From NCBI GenBank assembly GCA_902500125.1, contig GCA_902500125.1_4132.1: a stretch of 64,000 nt of DNA; one strand, 5' to 3'. Below the pieces are notes generated by a model that searched no databases, was not told where the DNA came from, and saw only the letters and a list, made by a program, of their open reading frames with translations. This DNA is from Escherichia coli. GTDB lineage: Bacteria; Pseudomonadota; Gammaproteobacteria; Enterobacterales; Enterobacteriaceae. Position 1 is the stretch's first letter. Each line of letters opens with the position of its first letter. Of the stretch, positions 46,523 through 54,652 are shown in pieces. A program made the position numbers and the translations under genes.

Positions 46523-46846
46523 ATGGCTATGATCCTTACCCAGAAAGTGGAATTGAAAATTGTAACCTCCTTTGACATTAAAGTTAATCGCTGGACTGAT
46601 CGGAACGGCAATACTTACCACTCTTGCTACGTGTCTGCGTTAATTGGCGACCGCTGGGAAGACCTGGGACACGAAACCTTTACATACGGTTACGGTACGC
46701 AAGGCGAATACACTGGTTTGGAGATCATTAAAGAAACCGTTATAGGTTTCAACCCGAAAGAAAAAGTTATGCACCGCATCGAAAAAGAGATTAACAAAGA
46801 AATAACAGTTCGCTACTACGATGTAAAACGTAAGAAAGACATGTAA
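46523..46846 (+). CDS. hypothetical protein, paralog of 40543..40887
   Basis: Track ORF. Confidence 0.55.
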   Translation: MAMILTQKVELKIVTSFDIKVNRWTDRNGNTYHSCYVSALIGDRWEDLGHETFTYGYGTQGEYTGLEIIKETVIGFNPKEKVMHRIEKEINKEITVRYYDVKRKKDM

Positions 46847-46868
46847 TAGAATCCATTTAAAGTACTAT

Positions 46869-46897
46869 TTGACATTGCCCAGATAGTACTTTATAAT
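46869..46897 (+). promoter_or_regulatory. sigma70-like promoter
   Basis: TTGACA-N17-TATAAT. Confidence 0.5.
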
Positions 46898-46941
46898 AGA
46901 CTCTAACTTGTAGTACTAACTCAACTAATAGGATGTATACC

Positions 46942-47337
46942 ATGATTACTAAATTCTACGCTACCCGTGAAGCTGCCCGTATTGTTGCACGCGAGGAAGG
47001 AGCAGCATTTAAAGACATGGGAACGACAGCACCGAAAGGTCAACGCTGGGCCGTACAGTTCAAAGAAATCTCTGATATTGTGAATTCACCTGAGCCAGTA
47101 CTAACAGCAGCAGAACTAAAACGAGCGGATATGCTGGCGGCAATACTTGACGCACAAGATGAGTTTATCGCTGATTCTGATATCAAAGTACAGGTAAACC
47201 ACACCGCATGGACTCACGCGGATCACCTGGCAAACCTTAAGCGTCCAAGTGAACTGATTCGCAACCAGAAAGAGATCCGACATGATCGTAAGGGTAATCG
47301 TGTAACAGTATACAGTAAACGCCGCCAGGTTATCTAA
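46942..47337 (+). CDS. hypothetical protein, paralog of 35010..35276
   Basis: Internal ATG of track ORF 46933..47337. Confidence 0.55.
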   Translation: MITKFYATREAARIVAREEGAAFKDMGTTAPKGQRWAVQFKEISDIVNSPEPVLTAAELKRADMLAAILDAQDEFIADSDIKVQVNHTAWTHADHLANLKRPSELIRNQKEIRHDRKGNRVTVYSKRRQVI

Positions 47338-47359
47338 TAACTTGCAGTACTAACAACAC

Positions 47360-47384
47360 GGCGGGATCAGTTCCCGCCTTTTTT
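47360..47384 (+). terminator. rho-independent terminator
   Basis: GGCGGGA-TCAG-TTCCCGCC plus TTTTTT. Confidence 0.7.
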
Positions 47385-47398
47385 ATAGGACAAACAAA

Positions 47399-47653
47399 AT
47401 GATTAAGGTTCAACTATATAAAGATAACATCTTACGGGTACACTATAAAGCACCGAAGAGAATCATCACAAAGGCCGTACAGCTTGCTAATGAGTTTATT
47501 AATGGTAACCTATTACCAAGGAAGTTAAGCAACGGGAAACTGCGTGTAATCGACGTGGACACTAACAACAGGATAGTAATCGAGAACACAGGAAAAATAA
47601 ACCTTTATGAGCATCAACAATACAATAAGAAAATAAAACTAATATCACGTTGA
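47399..47653 (+). CDS. hypothetical protein (84 aa)
   Basis: Track ORF; TAGGACAAACAAA upstream. Confidence 0.5.
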   Translation: MIKVQLYKDNILRVHYKAPKRIITKAVQLANEFINGNLLPRKLSNGKLRVIDVDTNNRIVIENTGKINLYEHQQYNKKIKLISR

Positions 47654-47678
47654 CAGTACTCAAATGTTTTAGTATTAT
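47650..47678 (+). promoter_or_regulatory. sigma70-like promoter
   Basis: TTGACA-N17-TATTAT. Confidence 0.45.
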
Positions 47679-47706
47679 GTACACATACCAACACGGGAGA
47701 AACAAA

Positions 47707-47925
47707 ATGAAATTATCTAAAATCGAAAAGAAAACTATTGATGAAGCAGTTAAGCACGGTTATACCTTTCGTAATGATTCACATTTTACCAATTTTCAAC
47801 AGGGGTATCGTACTATTAAAAAACTAATTGACAAAGGTTTATTAGTTGAAGTCAATAATGGGAACGGTATCGAGTATCAGCCAACCCAAGACGCATTATC
47901 TTTAAAGAAATATAATATTATCTAA
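47707..47925 (+). CDS. hypothetical protein (72 aa)
   Basis: Internal ATG of track ORF 47650..47925 after GGGAGAAACAAA. Confidence 0.5.
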   Translation: MKLSKIEKKTIDEAVKHGYTFRNDSHFTNFQQGYRTIKKLIDKGLLVEVNNGNGIEYQPTQDALSLKKYNII

Positions 47926-47954
47926 TTGACAGTACTCAAATGTTTTAGTACTAT
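47926..47954 (+). promoter_or_regulatory. sigma70-like promoter
   Basis: TTGACA-N17-TACTAT. Confidence 0.45.
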
Positions 47955-47983
47955 ATGTACATACCAACACGGGGAAAAACAAA

Positions 47984-48226
47984 ATGATTACTTTAGAAAA
48001 ACGTATCAAAGAAACTACATCGCTGGTGGAATTGTTAACAGTACTCAAATGTAAAACAACACCATTCAGCACGCCGGACTTTATTAATATGGTTGATGTT
48101 AATGGTCGCTATCGTATCACGGTCGAACAAGGAGCGGCGAAAGTATTCAGTACTAAAAACACGAAGGAAGTGATCCACGCCGTTAATGTTAAAAAAGTAG
48201 TTGCCATTGATAGTAAAGTACTGTAA
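47984..48226 (+). CDS. hypothetical protein (80 aa)
   Basis: Track ORF. Confidence 0.5.
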   Translation: MITLEKRIKETTSLVELLTVLKCKTTPFSTPDFINMVDVNGRYRITVEQGAAKVFSTKNTKEVIHAVNVKKVVAIDSKVL

Positions 48227-48257
48227 TATAGTTTCATTAACTCAAGGAGAACATGCA

Positions 48258-48842
48258 ATGCGTAATTATACTAAATTCATCCGTACACTGTCAGAAATGG
48301 AAACCAACAAAGAGATCCTTTCAGCTTGTCGGTTAGCTGGCCTGGAGATCATCGGTGCTGGTTCTTCCCGTATAGTTTTCGCTTTAAATGATCGGTTAGT
48401 GATTAAGGTCGCGAATTGTGATGCGGGTGTAGAACAAAATGAAACTGAATGTAAGGTATGGAATTTTTTAGACTATGACCGCCCTCAGTTGAAACAGTAC
48501 TTTGCAAAGGTGCATATGCATTTATGCGATCCTGATAATATGTTTATCGTTATGGATCGGTTGAGTACTGCAAGCAAAGGTAGTGTGAAGCACGTAAACG
48601 CGTGCAATGAATTAAAGTACAATATTAAACGTAATGCAATCGAACGCCAGCACCGCTTTGCTGATGCACTACAACACGTCGATGATACATTATCAACACT
48701 AACGATAAGAGATATCAGAAAACAGAATATCGGCCAGGATCGTAATGGCCTTATTAAAGTACTTGATTACGGTTTAACCTGCAATATCTGGAATCAGTAC
48801 TATAAAAAGCGTGATGTGGCAGCAAGTAAGGTAACACGATAA
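48258..48842 (+). CDS. protein-kinase-like protein
   Basis: IGAGSSRIVFALNDRLVIKVA and IRDIRKQNIGQDRNGLIKVLDYG motifs; AAGGAGA RBS. Confidence 0.5.
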   Translation: MRNYTKFIRTLSEMETNKEILSACRLAGLEIIGAGSSRIVFALNDRLVIKVANCDAGVEQNETECKVWNFLDYDRPQLKQYFAKVHMHLCDPDNMFIVMDRLSTASKGSVKHVNACNELKYNIKRNAIERQHRFADALQHVDDTLSTLTIRDIRKQNIGQDRNGLIKVLDYGLTCNIWNQYYKKRDVAASKVTR

Positions 48843-48856
48843 AAAAGATTAAAAAA

Positions 48857-48930
48857 GGGATTGACTCCGGTCAGTCCCTTTGCTATTATATATCCATTGA
48901 GAGATAACTCACTGACCCATAGGGTGCGGA
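48857..48930 (+). promoter_or_regulatory. extended terminator-promoter module with CCCATAGGGTGC motif
   Basis: Same module as 42463. Confidence 0.55.
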
Positions 48931-48983
48931 AGTGTATCTATTATATAAGTATTCAGTACTGAAAACTATTTTTTAAAAAGTAC

Positions 48984-49043
48984 TTGCATTGTACTTAGAA
49001 TCAAGTATAATGTTTTATATCGAGAGGGGGAAATGGTTCTCCC
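48984..49043 (+). promoter_or_regulatory. promoter plus leader hairpin unit
   Basis: TTGCAT-N16-TATAAT then GGGGGAA-ATGG-TTCTCCC. Confidence 0.55.
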
Positions 49044-49065
49044 TGGTATATTAAGGAATAAAATC

Positions 49066-49287
49066 ATGACTACAATGACTTGCATTTACGCTTCCAATCG
49101 TCTGAATGATGCGGCCTTTAATGTTGATTCAGAATATCAATGTTATCGGGATGAAAATAAAAAAGTTTTTGTAGTTGATAATAATGGTTTCCATATTGAA
49201 TTACAATCCGGCTTCACTGGTGTTGATGGTAAATCAGTATGGGGCGTACAGGATGATAAAGGTACATATCATTTTAAACGTAATTAA
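49066..49287 (+). CDS. hypothetical protein (73 aa)
   Basis: Internal ATG of track ORF 49033..49287. Confidence 0.55.
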   Translation: MTTMTCIYASNRLNDAAFNVDSEYQCYRDENKKVFVVDNNGFHIELQSGFTGVDGKSVWGVQDDKGTYHFKRN

Positions 49288-49291
49288 GTAT

Positions 49292-49350
49292 TTGACAAAG
49301 TATCTTAGTACTGTATAATAGTTTACATCAAGGGGAGAATAGTTCTCCCC
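49292..49350 (+). promoter_or_regulatory. promoter plus leader hairpin unit
   Basis: TTGACA-N16-TATAAT then GGGGAGA-ATAG-TTCTCCCC. Confidence 0.55.
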
Positions 49351-49371
49351 GATACTAAAAGGAATAAAATC

Positions 49372-49776
49372 ATGACTACTACTAATCTTGCTCGGAATAT
49401 CGCCAACGATAAAAATCATGCTGCAATGGTCGCTGGTTACATTGAAGCTATGCAATTCAGTACTGTACATAATGATAACGGCGATTACCTGGAAGATTAT
49501 GAGTTATCTGATGAAGCACGTCAAGCGGCGGTGATTGCATGTTCTCGCTTCATTGAGAAACACGGTAATGATCTGGAAGTAGTTCGCGGTATGTTTATTG
49601 ATTACGGTTATGAGCAAGCTGGTCATGATCTGTTCCTTACCCGCGAAGGTCACGGAACTGGTTTTTGGGATCGTGGTTTAGGTCACTATGGCGATGTATT
49701 CACGAAGTACTGCGAAGAAATCAACGTTTGCGATCCCTATGTAGGCGATGATAACTTAATCTATATGGGCGAATAA
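49372..49776 (+). CDS. hypothetical protein (134 aa)
   Basis: Track ORF. Confidence 0.6.
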   Translation: MTTTNLARNIANDKNHAAMVAGYIEAMQFSTVHNDNGDYLEDYELSDEARQAAVIACSRFIEKHGNDLEVVRGMFIDYGYEQAGHDLFLTREGHGTGFWDRGLGHYGDVFTKYCEEINVCDPYVGDDNLIYMGE

Positions 49777-49782
49777 AAGTAT

Positions 49783-49841
49783 TTGACAAAGTATATCAGT
49801 ACTGTATAATAGTTTACATCAAGGGGAGAATAGTTCTCCCC
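49783..49841 (+). promoter_or_regulatory. promoter plus leader hairpin unit
   Basis: Near-duplicate of 49292 unit. Confidence 0.55.
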
Positions 49842-49863
49842 AATACTAAAAGGAAACAAAATT

Positions 49864-50136
49864 ATGTCCAGCTACTCCGCTACTATGATCATTAAAGATA
49901 TGAACGGTAATCCTACTTCTGCTGGTGGATCATTTGGAAATATTAACTTAGATGGGCGGTTATCCATGCAATCAGCCATCGATGCAGCGAAAGAAGTTTT
50001 TAAGAATGAATGTACTGTTAGTAAGCTGGATTATATGGGTTTCGCTATCGAGAAAACTACTCGTTTTGTGAACTACAAAAATCCACTGATGATTGATACT
50101 AACCTGAAAGCTAACGAAGTGGGGTACTTATTATGA
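49864..50136 (+). CDS. hypothetical protein (90 aa)
   Basis: Track ORF. Confidence 0.55.
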   Translation: MSSYSATMIIKDMNGNPTSAGGSFGNINLDGRLSMQSAIDAAKEVFKNECTVSKLDYMGFAIEKTTRFVNYKNPLMIDTNLKANEVGYLL

Positions 50137-50324
50137 CAGTAGAAGAAGTAAAAAAAGTACTGGCAGTACTACGATATCATAATCATTGCAAGGTGAAGAA
50201 TGATCCTGATTATCTTGATTCATCCCTGGAGGAAGACACCTTGAACGCTATAAGCCATATGCAGACATTAGCAAAGCGTATGACTGAAAAGAACATGCCG
50301 GACTATATCGGAAATAAAATTTAA
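50133..50324 (+). CDS. hypothetical protein (63 aa)
   Basis: Track ORF; ATGA overlap. Confidence 0.5.
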   Translation: MTVEEVKKVLAVLRYHNHCKVKNDPDYLDSSLEEDTLNAISHMQTLAKRMTEKNMPDYIGNKI

Positions 50325-50331
50325 AAAGTAC

Positions 50332-50391
50332 TTGCATTGTAGTTAGATTAACGTATAATGTTTTATATCGAGAGGGGGAAATGGTTTCCCC
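50332..50391 (+). promoter_or_regulatory. promoter plus leader hairpin unit
   Basis: TTGCAT-N16-TATAAT then GGGGGAA-ATGG-TTTCCCCT. Confidence 0.55.
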
Positions 50392-50411
50392 TCAAGTCCA
50401 GGAGATACACA

Positions 50412-50675
50412 ATGAACACTATCGAAATCACTATCAATGCACACGTATACGACAACGTAGTACTGCAAACTACTATGACCGCTAATGATACCAGTACTTT
50501 GCGGAATACTGTTATTAGTGCCGTATGTGCTGCAATCGGTGATGTATCCCTGGAAAATGCAGAACATATCAACAACGGTTTCACTATGTGCAAGCGTGAT
50601 AACGCAAAACATATCATCGTGGAAGGTTACGGCGGTGTAGAATTTAATGTTTATATGAAAAAAGTACTTGCATAA
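50412..50675 (+). CDS. hypothetical protein (87 aa)
   Basis: Internal ATG of track ORF 50358..50675. Confidence 0.55.
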   Translation: MNTIEITINAHVYDNVVLQTTMTANDTSTLRNTVISAVCAAIGDVSLENAEHINNGFTMCKRDNAKHIIVEGYGGVEFNVYMKKVLA

Positions 50676-50724
50676 TAACTAAAACAAAGTATAATGTTTT
50701 GCATAGGGGGAGATATCCTCCCCC
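50668..50724 (+). promoter_or_regulatory. promoter plus leader hairpin unit
   Basis: TTGCAT-N16-TATAAT then GGGGGAG-ATAT-CCTCCCCC. Confidence 0.55.
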
Positions 50725-50742
50725 ACTAAAAGGAGTAATAAA

Positions 50743-50967
50743 ATGGCTAACTTTGATGAACTGATGCGGGAAGTAGCTAACCTGGCAGAAGAGAAGAAAT
50801 CATTCGATTCTATCTATAACACCGCTCACCGTGATTCAGTACTGGCATGTAACCAGGATCAAAAAGATGAACTAATCGCCACCTATCATGAAGCATGGAA
50901 GTACTACCGACAATGGGAGAAAGAAGAAAGTGAGTCTACCATTGACGGCCTCAATAATCTAATCTAA
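50743..50967 (+). CDS. hypothetical protein (74 aa)
   Basis: Track ORF. Confidence 0.55.
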   Translation: MANFDELMREVANLAEEKKSFDSIYNTAHRDSVLACNQDQKDELIATYHEAWKYYRQWEKEESESTIDGLNNLI

Positions 50968-50986
50968 AAGTTTTATTTCAGTACTA

Positions 50987-51017
50987 TTGACATAGCTTGA
51001 TAGTACTGATGTAATAA
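50987..51017 (+). promoter_or_regulatory. sigma70-like promoter
   Basis: TTGACA then weak -10; same architecture as 40187. Confidence 0.4.
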
Positions 51018-51043
51018 CTTTACTAACTACAAGGGGAAACATA

Positions 51044-51301
51044 ATGGATCAGTTCACACAATATCGGGTAAATCCTCAAGCTATGGCCTACGTAGAAGAC
51101 CATAAAACGTTACCAGTACTGCAACCAGTTAAAGGCCATATCTATCGTGCAATGTCGTGGTGTGCGGCCCAGGATGGCTATAAAACCGTAGCCGTTGGTA
51201 TGTACTGCGGTAATGGTGAATGGTTTGATCCAAATAATCCGGTATCCATTGACAGTACTGAAAAAATGAAATGGGCCGACTACATCGAAGATATTTCATA
51301 A
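51044..51301 (+). CDS. hypothetical protein (85 aa)
   Basis: Track ORF. Confidence 0.55.
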   Translation: MDQFTQYRVNPQAMAYVEDHKTLPVLQPVKGHIYRAMSWCAAQDGYKTVAVGMYCGNGEWFDPNNPVSIDSTEKMKWADYIEDIS

Positions 51302-51307
51302 AAACTA

Positions 51308-51368
51308 TTTGACAGTACTAACCAGTAATGTATAATGTTTTACATAGAGCGGGGGAATAGTTCTCCCG
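51308..51368 (+). promoter_or_regulatory. promoter plus leader hairpin unit
   Basis: TTGACA-N16-TATAAT then GCGGGGGAA-TAG-TTCTCCCGC. Confidence 0.55.
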
Positions 51369-51391
51369 CCAATAGTTTGGAGTAAAACATT

Positions 51392-51592
51392 ATGTCTATC
51401 GCTATCGCCCTGGTTGAAGTACTGAAAGAAGCTAAAGCCAACCAGATCGACGTAAAGATCCAGGAACTACAAAACGGCTTAATCGGCTGTACTTGTACCG
51501 CTGGTGGAGCGGCAGACTATCGAGAACACGAATCACTCGAATCACTGGTTCGGTATCTTACCATGATCGTTGATGATTGGAGAATCATCTAA
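51392..51592 (+). CDS. hypothetical protein (66 aa)
   Basis: Track ORF. Confidence 0.55.
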   Translation: MSIAIALVEVLKEAKANQIDVKIQELQNGLIGCTCTAGGAADYREHESLESLVRYLTMIVDDWRII

Positions 51593-51609
51593 CAAAAAAG
51601 AATAAAAAA

Positions 51610-51690
51610 GGGATTGACTCCGGTCAGTCCCTTTGCTATTATATACGCATAGACAAAAACTAGCCCACAGGGTGCATAGGTGTATCCAAA
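51610..51690 (+). promoter_or_regulatory. extended terminator-promoter module with CCCACAGGGTGC motif
   Basis: Same module as 42463. Confidence 0.55.
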
Positions 51691-51836
51691 ATATATAGTT
51701 AATAACGGTGAGTAACTATCTGCTGGTGGAACTAAAACTATTAATAAAAAAGTATTGACAAAGTATATCAGTACTGCAATAATGTATCTCGTAGGGCGGC
51801 AATGGTGCGACGGCCCACAAAGTTAGGAGATTCAAA

Positions 51837-52169
51837 ATGACTACTTCAATCGCTATCGTTAAAGCTTTCATCCGTACTAATGTTTCCTCTGTATTCATCG
51901 ACGGCCTCGACCGTAACGTAGAATACTCAATCATTATCGCACAAACGGCAAACGGTTCTCGGTACATCCTGAATGATAGTGAAGCAAATCACTACTACTT
52001 CACTAAAGCCACTGGCTTTAAACGCATCGATGCTGATGTAGTATACGCTAAGATGAATAAGCTGGTAGACAAGATTAACGCGAAAGGTACTATCGATTTA
52101 CAGTACTGGACCGAAACCGATCCAGAATATGGATCTCACCGCTACCTGAATCCAGGTATTAAAATGTAA
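51837..52169 (+). CDS. hypothetical protein (110 aa)
   Basis: Track ORF; TAGGAGA RBS. Confidence 0.6.
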   Translation: MTTSIAIVKAFIRTNVSSVFIDGLDRNVEYSIIIAQTANGSRYILNDSEANHYYFTKATGFKRIDADVVYAKMNKLVDKINAKGTIDLQYWTETDPEYGSHRYLNPGIKM

Positions 52170-52176
52170 AAAGTAC

Positions 52177-52238
52177 TTGCATAGTACTTAGAATCAAGTA
52201 TAATGTTTTACATAGAGAGGGGGAAATGGTTCTCCCTC
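52177..52238 (+). promoter_or_regulatory. promoter plus leader hairpin unit
   Basis: TTGCAT-N16-TATAAT then GGGGGAA-ATGG-TTCTCCC. Confidence 0.55.
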
Positions 52239-52258
52239 CTAAATTAAGGAGTTTTATC

Positions 52259-52660
52259 ATGACCTTCTCAATCAATTCCTTCGCTGACGTTTTAGTACTG
52301 GCCCGGACTTTTGGTAAAGCTGGCCTTGAACACGCTGTAAGTAATGGTCATATGCACCCTGAATATTGCCGCATCATTGGAAGCTGTAAACGTTGGGCCG
52401 TGTCCCGTAACATTGAGATTGAAAACTTCAATGACGGTAACAACGAATATACAGTTGATGCAGTATTCGAATCCGTTGATCTCGGCGGTATCTATAACAC
52501 TAACCTGAATGATGTGCGTATCGTTCGCACGGGGTTCGGTGCTTATGATGTATCTATCCGTGAAGCTATGGACAAGGGATACATTAGCAAGGACCAGTTA
52601 GCTTACATCATGCAGCAAACTAAGGAACGTAACGAAGCACGTACTATCTTAGGGCTGTAA
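52259..52660 (+). CDS. hypothetical protein (133 aa)
   Basis: Internal ATG of track ORF 52226..52660. Confidence 0.6.
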   Translation: MTFSINSFADVLVLARTFGKAGLEHAVSNGHMHPEYCRIIGSCKRWAVSRNIEIENFNDGNNEYTVDAVFESVDLGGIYNTNLNDVRIVRTGFGAYDVSIREAMDKGYISKDQLAYIMQQTKERNEARTILGL

Positions 52661-52728
52661 GCAATACACATCACCAAACATCATAGGCCGCTCTCTAGCG
52701 GCCTTAACTATATCAGGAGGGCATACAT

Positions 52729-52938
52729 ATGTTCTATACAGTATACAGCGTTCTAGGCACTATTGCAGGCGTACATGATAACGTCGATAGTGCTATGCGT
52801 ACAGTACTGCAACAGGTTCCACTAAAGCCTAAGACCATTAAGCAGATGACAGCACGACTAACCAGGGCGACGGCTGGCGTGGAAGTATGGCAGGACTATG
52901 GGGATACACAGATAATCGTAAGCGTAACGAAGGATTAA
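52729..52938 (+). CDS. hypothetical protein (69 aa)
   Basis: Track ORF; CAGGAGG RBS. Confidence 0.55.
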   Translation: MFYTVYSVLGTIAGVHDNVDSAMRTVLQQVPLKPKTIKQMTARLTRATAGVEVWQDYGDTQIIVSVTKD

Positions 52939-52970
52939 TGCGTAAAAGGATTTAGTACTGAATCATAAAA

Positions 52971-53028
52971 AAGTCAAGGCATTTTTAAAAATCAGCGTTA
53001 AAAAAATGCATAGGTAATCCCTTGACTT
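52971..53028. terminator. long inverted repeat, possible bidirectional terminator
   Basis: AAGTCAAGG ... CCTTGACTT arms with A-run before and T-run after. Confidence 0.4.
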
Positions 53029-53129
53029 TTATGAATAAAAAGGGATTGGACTATGGCAAAATGCGTAGGGGGCTTAACTGCGGGTAACCTTAGCGACTTC
53101 GATAAAGGGGTATTACTAATAAAATGTTA

Positions 53130-53158
53130 TTGACTTTTTATACGAATCGTATATTATA
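53130..53158 (+). promoter_or_regulatory. sigma70-like promoter for family B array
   Basis: TTGACT-N17-TATTAT. Confidence 0.5.
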
Positions 53159-53187
53159 GGATTGATATTATTTTTAATGGAGTCCCT

Positions 53188-53385
53188 ATGCGTATTTTAA
53201 CTCAAGCAGAACATCACGAAAGACTTATCAATAACATGGCATATATCCTACATATGTCACATATCCGTGGTATTGCATATAAGCGTGAATTGGTTATGGC
53301 ACTATTCATTGGAACTAACTTTCAGGAAAGGTATGTCAAGGATTGGATTTCATATTTAATTGAAGATATAACGGGTAAACTATGA
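53188..53385 (+). CDS. family B small tandem paralog
   Basis: Track ORF; IGTNFQERY motif. Confidence 0.55.
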   Translation: MRILTQAEHHERLINNMAYILHMSHIRGIAYKRELVMALFIGTNFQERYVKDWISYLIEDITGKL

Positions 53386-53590
53386 AAATTATCACACAAT
53401 TTCAACTATATAATCTTATGATCGAATATAGAAAGAATATATATATATACCAGATGAGTTATCTAGGGATGAAAAAAAGTTTATTCTATCGGAGTGGTGG
53501 ATGATGGCTGGACTGGGAACCAACTTCCAAGAAAGTTTTGTTAATGATTGGATTTTACATTTAATAAAAGATATAAAGAGTAAACAATGA
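53382..53590 (+). pseudogene. family B member interrupted by frameshift at (AT)n tract
   Basis: N-terminus stops at 53502; LGTNFQESF..DIKSKQ continues in another frame; AT dinucleotide run about 53436-53449. Confidence 0.5.
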
Positions 53591-53796
53591 AAACTATAAC
53601 ACGAACCCAATCATTAGGTCTTATCTTGAAATACATGGACTTAATGTTGGATATCAGCAAAGACCTTCCTAAAACTGAAATCCAAGTTGCAAGAGCAGAG
53701 ATCCGCATGTTGGCTGTACTGAACACAAACCATCAGGAAGATTATGTTGAAGAATGGATTCGATTTTTAATAGAAGATATAAAGAGTAAATTATGA
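53587..53796 (+). CDS. family B small tandem paralog
   Basis: Track ORF; ATGA overlap; LNTNHQEDY. Confidence 0.55.
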   Translation: MKTITRTQSLGLILKYMDLMLDISKDLPKTEIQVARAEIRMLAVLNTNHQEDYVEEWIRFLIEDIKSKL

Positions 53797-54008
53797 TTAT
53801 TATAGAAAACTCATATCAATATACTGAACGCATCGCTGCCAGACAACTTGAAATCCTCATAATATACGAAGAGACTTCTGATTTAAACTTAGCCGAGGTA
53901 TTGGAAAATGATATACTATTGGGTGCATTCTTAGGAACAGACTATCAGAAGTATTATGAGGAAAAGTATTTGTCATCTCTTGAGAAATATATCAGGAGCA
54001 AATTATGA
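53793..54008 (+). CDS. family B small tandem paralog
   Basis: Track ORF; LGTDYQKYY. Confidence 0.55.
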   Translation: MIIIENSYQYTERIAARQLEILIIYEETSDLNLAEVLENDILLGAFLGTDYQKYYEEKYLSSLEKYIRSKL

Positions 54009-54217
54009 TTTTTTTAACACCAGAAGAATATAAGAAACGTTTCAATTCCGCACAGGGTGAAATCTTACTTATATACCTTTCAAATGCAGACCTTAACTTA
54101 TCAAGGGTATTAGAAAAAGATTTACTTATGGGTGCATTCCTTGATACAGACTTTCAGGTGTATTATGTAGGGGAATACTTAATTGCACTTCAGAATTATA
54201 TCAGGAGTAAACTATGA
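54005..54217 (+). CDS. family B small tandem paralog
   Basis: Track ORF; LDTDFQVYY. Confidence 0.55.
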   Translation: MIFLTPEEYKKRFNSAQGEILLIYLSNADLNLSRVLEKDLLMGAFLDTDFQVYYVGEYLIALQNYIRSKL

Positions 54218-54441
54218 AACATTTAAGTAATTCCGAGAAGAATAAAATTATCATTGCTGCAATAAACAAATATTTTACACTTCCTCACAAAGAAGGTTTA
54301 TGTATAAGAGAACACAGGATAAACACCACCGATATACGCATGATGGCTGTACTGGGGACGAACTTCCAGGAAGAGTATGTTATTGCACACATAGTTGCAC
54401 TCAAGAATTACATTATGGACAAATGTAATGAACATCATTAA
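54214..54441 (+). CDS. family B small tandem paralog
   Basis: Track ORF; LGTNFQEEY. Confidence 0.55.
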   Translation: MKHLSNSEKNKIIIAAINKYFTLPHKEGLCIREHRINTTDIRMMAVLGTNFQEEYVIAHIVALKNYIMDKCNEHH

Positions 54442-54652
54442 TAACTTTGAATACGAGGCCCGTGCTAAGAGTGCCAGAAAAAAAGAGAACACCATTTACT
54501 TCACTATGATGTACTTACAATGGACTGAAATTGAAGAAAAGGTTGCTGAAGTATGGATGTTGGAATTCATGGGGACGCAGTATCAGAATAGGTTTGCGGG
54601 TGAGTATATCAATGTTCTTATGAAACAAATAGAAAGAAAGGAAAAGAACTAA
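54428..54652 (+). CDS. family B small tandem paralog
   Basis: First ATG in track ORF 54395..54652 (track start is TTG); MGTQYQNRF. Confidence 0.5.
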   Translation: MNIINNFEYEARAKSARKKENTIYFTMMYLQWTEIEEKVAEVWMLEFMGTQYQNRFAGEYINVLMKQIERKEKN

